The position numbers were made by a program, and so were the translations under genes. The notes beneath the pieces were generated by a model. It did not search any database. It worked only from the letters and a program-made list of their open reading frames with translations, and was not told where the DNA came from. From Elephas maximus (taxonomy: Eukaryota), in contig NC_064841.1 of NCBI RefSeq assembly GCF_024166365.1, positions 46,247,680 to 46,311,679 of the forward strand: a stretch of DNA of 64,000 nt, in the 5' to 3' direction. Positions 1 through 8,600 of the stretch are shown here, one piece after another (position 1 is the stretch's first letter; each line of letters begins with the position of its first letter).

Positions 1-1936
1 CATCCCATTGCCTTCTTGCCTGTATGGTTTCTGCTGAGTAGTCTGAACTTATTCTTATTGATTCTCCCTTGAAGAAGACCTTTCTTTTATCCCTGGCTGC
101 TTTTAAAATTTTCTCTTTATCTTTGGTTTTGGCAAGTTTGATGATAATATGTCTTGGTGTTTTTCTTTTTGGATCAATCTTAAATGGGGTTCGATGAGCA
201 TCTTGGATAGATATCCTTTCATCTTTCACGATGTCAGGGAAGTTTTCTGCCAGCAGATCTTCAACTATTCTCTCTGTGTTTTCTGTTTTCCCTCCCCATT
301 CTGGGACTCCAATCACATGCAAGTTATCCTTCTTGATAGAGTCCCACATAATTCTTAGGGTTTCTTCATTTTTTTAATTTCTTTTATCTGATTTTTTTTT
401 CCGGCTATATTGGTGTTAATTCCCTGGTCCTCCCGATTTCCCAGTCTGCATTCTAATTGCTTGAGTCTGCTCCTCTGACTTCCTATTGAGTTGTCTAATT
501 CTGTAATTTTATGTTAATCTTTTGGATTTCTGAATGCTGTCTCTGTATGGATTCTTGCAACTTATTAATTTTTCCACTATGTTCTTGAATAATCTTTTTG
601 ATTTCTTCAACTGCTTTATCAGTGTGTTCCTTGGCTTTTTCTGTAGCTTGCCTTATTTCATTTCTGAGGTCATCCCTGATGCATTGAAGCATTCTGTAAA
701 TTAGTTTTTTATATTCTGTATCTGATAATTCCAGGATTGTATGTTCATTTTGGGAAAGATTTTGATTCTCTAGTTTGGGGGGTTGTAGAAGCAGTCATAG
801 TCTGCTTCTTTATATGGTTTGATATCAACTGCTGTCTCCGAGCCATCACTAACATACTGTAGTGATTTATTCTATATTTGCTCACTGAGTCTTATCTTGT
901 TTTGTTTTCTTTCAATATACGTAGATGGGCTACTGGATTGCGCTGTCTTGATTGTTGTAGCCCTTGAATCACTTATGACCTATTACCAGCTGGTTTGGGC
1001 TGTTACCAGATATATATGCCTGAGTCCATTCACTATTCTTGAGTAGAATCTGATTTTGGGTCATCAAGTGTGTGATGCAGACTGTCACCTATCCACCTAG
1101 AGAAGTAGTGGTGAGAGTTGTGTGCACCAGATTCTACTAGCAGCTGGGGTTCACACTCTGGGGGGGGCAGGATGCTGACAGGCTTCCCCCAATGTCAGTG
1201 AGGTAGGTGTGTCTCTATTCCTAAAGCACCTTAGTGGGTGGGCTCTGCAGGTGTACCTTAGGCCCCCAATGCAAGTACCTCTACAGATTGGTAGGTGTCA
1301 CCCTCCTTAGACCCCTAAGGCAGGGTGCTAGGTGGTCTGGGGGGAGCTTCAGCCCTCAGTTCCCTGTTGTGGGTCAGTGAGGTCTCTGTTGAATATGCAG
1401 AGATATCAGACCTGGGAAACTTGTTTTTCCAGTAAATCCGCTAAAACAATTGCAGTCAGATCCCTATCAGAAATGCCTTTGCATTATAATAGCCACCTTG
1501 TTCCCTGTAGGGATGAAAGCCGGAGACTGTGGATCACACATGCTTGGCTGGAGCTGGTTCTGTGTTTTTAGTCCAAGTAGGGAAGGATTTTTGGTCCCTG
1601 GGTTTTTTGTGGTTGCTTCTCTCAGGCCAGAAGAATGGGCTAGGAAAAGACCAAAAAAAAAAAAGGAAAAGAAAAACCACGGAGCAGTTCTCCCTCTGGC
1701 TCAGGAAATTCCAATGTTAATGAAGCCGCCTGGGAAAGGGAGGGGAGGGTTCAGAAAAACAGCAGAGAGTAGCACCCCGGAATATAAACAAAGTTACTTA
1801 TCTTGCTTGGGATGACTGTTTTATCTGAGATTCCCGAGGGGCACGTCGACTGTGTGTGCTGGCTGGGTAGAGATTGCCCCCGAGGGTCAGGCCCGAGTCC
1901 ATTGCTTGTGCTGTCTCAGAAGCCGCAGTTAGTTCC

Positions 1937-2497
1937 TCTGCTCCCAGTCCAAAGCCCAGCGTCAAGGTTTCCCCCCGGGACGCTGCACTCCCAGCTCCAA
2001 AACCAGTCGCTGCCTCCCAGCGACCTCTCCTCCCACCAGTCGCGTCACCGCACTGCCCGCGCGGACTGGCAGGGTCCCCTCCCCATGCACACTGGCTGGG
2101 CTTCCCCGAGTTCAGTTCAGGGGGCTGGGGCTGCTCCCCGTGTTTGCACTGTCACAGGATGTCGTGCTCAGGTCCCCTGCACCGAGTCCAAAGCCCCAGG
2201 CCAAGTTTCCCTGGCTGGGAAGCCGCACTCCTGGCTCCAAAACCAGTCGCTGCCTCCCGGCGACCTCTCCTCCCACCAGCTGTATCGCCCTGCTGCTCGC
2301 GCGGAGTGGCTGGGCCCCCTCCCGAGGTCAGTTCAGGGGGGTAGGGCTGTGCCCCATGTTTGTGCCGTCACAGGATGCCGTGCTCAGCTCCCCTGCACCC
2401 AGTCCAAAGCCTGGCGCCAAGGTTTCCTGACTGGGACGCTGGCTCCAGGCTCCAAAAACAGTTGTTGCTTCCCCGTGGTTGTTCATTCTCAGTCTCT
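1937..2497 (-). repeat. CpG-rich tandem monomers (~220-240 bp, ~2.4 copies) inside the L1 5'UTR
   Basis: Direct repeats 1937-2180, 2181-2398 and 2399-2497 share CCAGTCCAAAGCC...GGCTCCAAAACCAGTCGCTGCCTCCC...GTCACAGGATG. They are locally CpG-rich (CCGCGCGG). This is the promoter-monomer architecture known from mouse L1. Confidence 0.6.
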
Positions 2498-2627
2498 GTT
2501 ACTCAGGTCAACTCTTTAAATCTGTGTTTGTTGGTCATGGTTCGTAAATTGTCATGTATGTGATCGATTCACTTGTTTTTCCGAGTCTTCGTTGCAAGAG
2601 GGATCCGAGATAGCGTCTAGCTAGTCA

Positions 2628-2640
2628 GCCATCTTGGCCC
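2628..2640 (-). promoter_or_regulatory. YY1-type initiator motif (rc GCCAAGATGGC) at the L1 5' terminus
   Basis: Identical core to the YY1 site at the start of the human L1 5'UTR (GGAGCCAAGATGGCCG). It recurs at the 5' ends of the other two complete L1s here. Confidence 0.4.
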
Positions 2641-2966
2641 TGCTGATGTCAATTCTTTATTTCACCAGTTTGTCTAGTTAAAGTAGGACCAACCAACCAG
2701 CTTCTTTGTACTTCTCATTATGACAAAACTGTAGAAAGGTATCACACATGTATTCACCCAGATCCCTGGCTTTCACCAATACCTGATCTATTGGTGGTGA
2801 TATTTTGTGTATTTGTATTGCCACCTCATGCCATGGATTAGCAGTGCCTTCTTTACTACTGGAGGCAGAGTCATCATCTTTAAGACTAACTGAATTTGAG
2901 AACCAATTTGGAAAAGTCATCCTTACAATTTGTTTCCTTAGAACAACTCTTGGTACCAAATGTCTT

Positions 2967-3600
2967 AGGCTGGTTTCCCTAGAGAAGCAAAACCAGTAAA
3001 GCATATAAATATGTATAGAGAAAGATTTATATCAAGGAAATGGCTCCCCTAGTAGTAGAGGCTGGAAGGTCCCAAGTCCATGAATCAGAATAGAAGCTTC
3101 TCCTTATTCACGTAGCTGCAGGGGCTGGTGAAGCCAAGAGGGGAAGGTCAGAAAACAGGGCTCTTGTTCACAGGCTATGAAGACTGACAAATTCCAGGAT
3201 GAGCAGGAAAGACAACAAGGTTTCTTTTGATTTATGTAGCTGCAGGGGCTGGTGAACCCAAGATCAGCAGATGAGAGAGCAGGGCTGGTGCTCATAGGCT
3301 ATGAAGATTGACAAATCCCAAGGTTGGCAGGAAGACTGTAGGTAAGCTGCTAGCTCAAGTCTCAAGAACAGAAGACAGATGAACAGGAGCCAGCTGCAGA
3401 ATCCAGTGCTGGCAAAAGCAAGAATGTCCTCTTATATTAGGATGCAGGCACACGCCAAAGAAAACTCCCTTTCAACTGATTGGCTACTCACAACAGATTC
3501 TATCATAGCAGTGATCACATATCAAATCTCAACATGGAAGCAATCACAACATTATGAGACTACCAAAAACACTGAGAATCATGGCCCAGCCAAGCTGACA
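2967..3600 (+). repeat. Unclassified interspersed repeat R (begins TGTCTTAGG), containing an internal ~105-bp tandem duplication (3108-3215 / 3236-3335)
   Basis: A second partial copy in the same orientation lies at 5762-5855. The internal duplication reads GTAGCTGCAGGGGCTGGTGAA(G/C)CCAAG...GGCTATGAAGA(C/T)TGACAAAT(T/C)CCA. It ends GGCCCAGCCAAGCTGACACACAA directly before the hexamer array. The family could not be named from sequence alone. Confidence 0.4.
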
Positions 3601-4612
3601 CACAATCTTAACCAACACACTAACCCTATTGCTAATTCTAGCAATAGCTGTTGTGCTAATTCTAACCCTACTCCTAATCCCATTGTGCAACCCTAACCCT
3701 ATTTCTAATGAAAAAATTAACCAAAACCCTTTCATTAACCTCAATCCTAAACTCAACCCCAAACATAAACTTAAACCTAGCTTTAATCATAAAAAAATAA
3801 CCATAACTATAATCCTAATCTGAGCCATAACCTTATATCTAACCCTAACATGAATCCTAACCCTGTGTGTCACCCAAATCCTATCCATAACCCTAAACCT
3901 AACCCTACACCTACCCATAAACATAACCATAACCCTCACCCTAACACTCAGCCTATCCCTACCTTAAATAACAATAACACAAGCCCAAATTCTATGTTTA
4001 ACTCTAAATCAAGTTATAACCATAACTCGAGCCCTAATTCAAAGTTTAACATGAGTCCTAACACTATTCCTAACATTAACCCTAAAACAAGCCCTAAACT
4101 TATGTTTAACCCTAGCCTGAGCGTTAACTCTAACCCTAGTCCTAACACTAACCCTGACATTAAGCCTAACAAGCAGCACTAACTCTGCCATGAGCCATAA
4201 CCTTATGTTTACTCCTAACTGGAGCCTTAACCTGAGCCATAAACTTACCTCATTCATAAATATAACCATAACTTCTTTCTTTACTCTAACATCAACTCTA
4301 ACCAGAGCCCTAATCTATGTTTAAACTAAACATTAAGTTTAATGCTTAAAGTTAACTATTACTAAGCATAAACCTAACCTTAACACTAACTCTAACATGA
4401 GCCTGAATACTGTTTAACCATAAATCTAGCCCTAATGATAACATGAACCCTAATTCTAACCTGAGCCTGAGCCCTAACCCTAACTTTTATTTAACCCTAA
4501 TTTGAGCCCTAATGCTAATTTGAGTACTAACCCTAAGCCTAACAGAAGCCCTATGTTTAACTTTAACTGTAGAGCTAACCCTAAGATGAACTCTATGCCT
4601 CCCAATAACACT
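3600..4612. repeat. Degenerate telomere-like hexamer array, (CCCTAA)n-derived on the + strand (= TTAGGG on the - strand)
   Basis: Continuous run of hexamer variants: AACCCTAA, CCTAACCCTAA, CTAATCCTAA, CTAACCATAA, CTAAGCCTAA. The resulting PNPNP-type ORFs are artefacts. Confidence 0.85.
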
Positions 4613-5159
4613 GAGTAAGTGCAAGTAAACTGAGGCACTTGACTAAAGTAAAATGGCTGCTTTAGAGTTTGGGGCCCAACTCCATCTTGTCTTTCTTTTA
4701 ATATATAAAAATTCTTTCACAGGAGCTATCAAGAATTCTTCCTGAAACAATGTATCAGGAAGAAGACCTTGATACTGCCTCTTATCTAGGTCTCCTACGT
4801 AACTACTGGCAAGGAAATTTTCACTTGAGCAAGCTGTTTCTAAGAGAGAGATGTCCTGTAACCTTCCCCACCCTAGCCCCACTTCCAGTAACCTGCCTTG
4901 TATTAATCTAAGTCTGTAATGCCCAATCAAAAAAGCACATCTCAAGTCCTTTGTTCTCACCATTTGAAAGGTCTCCACAGCATTGCCATTTTGGAAACAT
5001 TCGTTCTGTCTGTAAATTTAGACATTTTCCCCAGGCTGGACTGTTATAAAATCAACAATAAATACCACTGCTTTACTAAGCAGAGTAAGTCCTTATTACT
5101 CTTAGACAACTCAAGCAATGAACCTAAATCAAGCTTTAGCCATGTGAGTAAACAATATC
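4613..5159. other. 547-bp non-repetitive segment splitting the telomere-like array
   Basis: The hexamer periodicity stops at ~4612 (CTGAGTAAGTGCAAGTAAACTG) and resumes at ~5160 (CTAGCCTAACCAAACCCACATCCTAATCCTAACC). No TE hallmark is recognisable in between. Confidence 0.5.
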
Positions 5160-5758
5160 CTAGCCTAACCAAACCCACATCCTAATCCTAACCTGAGCTC
5201 TAATGCTAACCCTAACATTAATCCTAAACATAACTCTACCCCAACCACAATTCTAACCTTAAGCCTAACCCTAACCATAACACTAAACCTAAACACAACC
5301 CCAACCTCACTCCTAGTCATATAATAAAGCCCAGACCTAATCATAACCATAATTTTTACCCCAGCTATAAACATAAAGTTAAACCTAACTGAAATAAACA
5401 CTACCCTTAACATAAGATTTAACCCATGTTTAAACCTAAACCCTTAAATCTAACCTGAGCCCTAACCTCATACCTAATCATGACCATAACCATGAACAAA
5501 AACCTAGCCCCAGTACTAAACATAAACTTAACACTAATCCTCACACTAATCCTAAAGTGAACCTGAATCCTATGTTAAACCTTCATATGGTCCTAAACTT
5601 AACCTGAGGCATATCCCCAGCTCTAACCCTAACCTGAGCCATAGCCTCACCCATCCGTAACAGTACTCCTAAGCCAAAGCCTAGTCCTAATAAAAAAAAA
5701 AACCAAAATGAGTTTATAACCATAATCCTAGCCATAACATTACCTTGAGCACTGTCTT
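5160..5758. repeat. Degenerate telomere-like hexamer array (continuation)
   Basis: Same C-rich hexamer family as 3600-4612, ending near ...ACCATAATCCTAGCCATAACATTACC. Confidence 0.85.
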
Positions 5759-5761
5759 AGG

Positions 5762-5855
5762 CCCTTAGAAGCAAAACCAGTTTCAGCTATAAATATATAT
5801 ACAGACAGAGAAATTTATATAAATGAAATGGGTCACACAGTTGTAGAGGCTGCAG
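5762..5855 (+). repeat. Second, partial copy of repeat R (first ~95 bp), same orientation as 2967-3075
   Basis: TGTCTTAGGCCCTTAGAAGCAAAACCAGT...ATAAATATATATACAGACAGAGAAATTTATATAAATGAAATGGGTCACACAGTTGTAGAGGCTGC is ~75% identical to 2967-3075. It is truncated where satellite A begins. Confidence 0.45.
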
Positions 5856-8600
5856 TTTGCAAAGGCAAAGTTACCGGATATATTCCACGAAAGAGAACCC
5901 AAAATAAAGTTTCTTCCTTTCTACTTGATTATGTCAGAGGGTTTGATTAAGTCAGAGGGTTTATTTCTCTTATTGAAAAACGTGCACCCTAATGTTGCCT
6001 CTGCAGTCTCTTAGTTGGAAAAGAATGTGAAATTATTCCCATTCAAATACATGCAAACACTTGTGTGTTATAGGTTTTCATTATGCACTTTGTTTTACTA
6101 GTGCATGAATGTGCATTAACAATCTCTTAATGAGAACACAATACCGTTTCTCCTGTGCAAGAACAGGGGCTATAGCAATGTGGTTTTACTGAGTAAACCT
6201 TGTGTTTGCAAGAGGCAGTTATCAAATTCATTGCACGAAAGAGAAACCAAAATAGAGTTTCTCTCATTCTACTTGCTTAAGTCAGAGGATTTAAGTCTGA
6301 GGTTTTTTTTCTCTTATTGAAAAACATGCAAACTAAAGTTGGCCCTGCAGTCTCTCAGTTGGAAAAGGATGGAAAGTTACTCCCATTCAAATACACACAG
6401 ACACTGGGTTTTATAGGTTTTCATATTATATGCACTTTGCTTTACCTGGGGATGAATGTGGATTAACGATCTCTTAATGAGAACACAATGCAATTGTTCC
6501 TGTGCAAAAACAAGTGATGTAGTTTTGCTCAGTAAACTTTGTGTTTGCAAGGGACAAACTTATCAAATTCATTGCATGAAAAAGAAGCCAAAATACATTT
6601 TATCTCATTCTACTTGATTAAGCCAGAGGATTTGATCAAGTCAGAGGGTTTTCTCTCTTACTGAGAAACAGACAAGCTAATGTCATCTCTGCAGTCTCTT
6701 ACTTGGAAAAGAATGTAAAGTTACTCCAACTTAAAGTTGCAGTGTTACTCCCATTCAAATACTAGCAGACATTTAGGTTTTATAGGTTTTCTATACACAC
6801 TTTGTCTTACCTGGGTGTGAACGTGCATTAACAATCCCTTAACAAGAACATAATAACGTTTCTTCTGTCCATTAACAGTGGTTATTGCGATGTAGTTTTG
6901 CTGAGTAAACGTTGTGTTTGCAAAAGCCAAAGTTACCTAATTCATTGCATGAAAGAGAAATCAAAATAGAGTTTATCTCATTCCACTGGATATCAGAGGG
7001 TTTGATTACTTCAGAGGGTTTTTTTCTCTTATTGAAAAACATGCAAGCTAATGTTGCCTCTGCAGACTCTTGGTTGGAAAAGACAGTAAAGCTACTCCCA
7101 TTAAAATATACGCAGACACTTAGCTTTGACAGGTTTCCTATATGCACTGTTTTACCTCCGAGTGAATGTGAACTAACAATCTATTTATGAGAACACAATG
7201 AACTTTTCCTGTGCATAAACACTCCCTATAGAGATGTAGTTTTACTGAGGAAATCTTTGTTGCAAGAGGCAGAGTTCCCAAAATCATTGCGTGAAAGTGA
7301 AACCAAAATACAGTTTATCTCATTCTACTTGATTAAGCCAGAGGATTTGATCAAGTCAGAGGGTTTTCTCTCCTACTGAGAAACAGACAAGCTAATGTCG
7401 CCTCTGCAGTCTCTTAGTTGGAAAAGAGTGTAAAGTTACTCCAGCAGACACTTAGGTTTTACAGTTTTTCTATATGCACCTTGTTTTACCTGGGCGTGAA
7501 TGTGCATTAACCATCTGTTAACAAGAACACAATGACGGTTTTCCTGAGCATAAACAGCAGCTATAGCGATGTAGTTTTGCTAGGTAAACCTTGTGTTTGC
7601 AAGAAGCAAAGTTCCCTAATTCATTGCATGAAAGAGTAACCAAAATGCACTTTCTCTCGTTTTACTTGATTAAGTCGGAGTGTTCGATTAAGTCAGAGGG
7701 TTTTTCTCTTACTGAAAATCATGAAAGATAAAGTTGCCTCTGCCTTCTTTTAGTTGGAAGAGAATGTAAAGTTATTCCTACCAAAATACTTACAGAAATG
7801 TAGTTTTCATAGGTTTTCTATATGTACTTTATGCTTACCTTGGAGTAATGTGCATTAACAATCTCTTAACAGGAACAAAATTACATTTTTCCTGTGTATT
7901 AACAGTGCCTGTAAAGATATAGTTTTGCTGAGTAAACCTTATGCTTGCAGGAGGCAAAGTTTCCAAATTCAATGCATGAAAAGAGTAACCAAAATACAGT
8001 TTCTTTTGTTATACTTCATTAAGTCAGAGTGTTTGATTAAGGCTTTTTTCTCTTACTGAAAATCATAAAACATAAAGTTATCTCTGCCTTCTCTTAGTTG
8101 CAAGAGAATGTCAAGTTACTCCTATTCAAATACGTACAGACACTTGGGTTTTACAGGTTTTCAGTATGTACTTTCTCTTATCCAGGCGTGAAGGCACATT
8201 AACAATCTCTTAATGAGATCACTAAGCAGTTTGTGCTGTGCAGGAACAGCGCTAGCTATCGCTATGTAGTTTTGCTGAGTAAACCTTGTATTTTCCAGAG
8301 GCAAAGTTACCAAGTTCACTGCATGAGAGAAACCAAAACACTTTCGCTCATTCTACTTAAGTCAGAGGTCTTGATCAAGTCAGAGGTTTTTCTCTCTTAT
8401 TGAAGAACATGCAGGGTAATTTTGCCTCTGCAGGAACTTAGTTGGATAAGAATGTAAAGTTCCTCCCATTCAAATACGAGCAGACACGTAGGTTTTATAG
8501 GTTTTTTATGTACACTTTGTTTTCACTGGGCGTGAAGGTGCATTAGGAATCTCTTAACAAGAATAGTCAGAGAGTTCTTTCTTTCACCGAGAAACATGCA
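5855..8600. repeat. Satellite A, domain S1: ~345-bp units (three diverged ~115-bp sub-monomers), ~8 units
   Basis: The marker AAACATGCAAGCTAATGTTGCCTCTGCAGTCTCTTAGTTGGAAAAGAATG recurs at ~5975, 6320, 6670, 7030, 7390, 7720, 8070 and 8400. Within the unit, GTTTCTCTCATTC, GTTACTCCCATTC and CAGTTTTTCCTGTGC segments lie ~115 bp apart. Confidence 0.85.

Larger units (their letters stand above)
1..2647 (-). mobile_element. LINE-1 (L1), 5' portion only: ORF1 C-terminus at the window edge, ORF1 coiled-coil, ~1.9-kb 5'UTR; ORF2 and 3' end lie upstream of the window
   Basis: Reverse complement of bp 1-60 encodes QARRQWDD, the L1 ORF1p C-terminal motif also present at 38210-38230 and 51060-51075. Minus-strand ORF 495-692 is an ORF1-type coiled-coil (EIKKIIQEHSGKINKLQESIQRQ). 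The 5' terminus at 2620-2647 (rc ...GGCCAAGATGGCTGACTAG...GAAAAACAAGTGAAT) aligns with the 5' starts of the two other full-length L1s in the window (48675, 40777). Confidence 0.75.

Noticed and set aside
1803-2519. Longest apparently non-TE ORF (238 aa, +) with repeated PAPSPKP...LPP motifs; also 1874-2344 and 2140-2430
   Set aside because: It lies antisense within the GC-rich tandem monomers of the minus-strand L1 5'UTR. The repeated peptide motifs mirror the 220-bp DNA monomers. GC-rich repeats give long open frames by chance.
3850-4182. 110-aa ORF rich in PNPNP / NPxPN repeats (and ORF 3629-3823); could look like a proline/asparagine-rich repeat protein
   Set aside because: It is simply the translation of the degenerate CCCTAA hexamer array in one frame. 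The 6-nt period gives dipeptide repeats. It has no start context and no ORF conservation outside the repeat.
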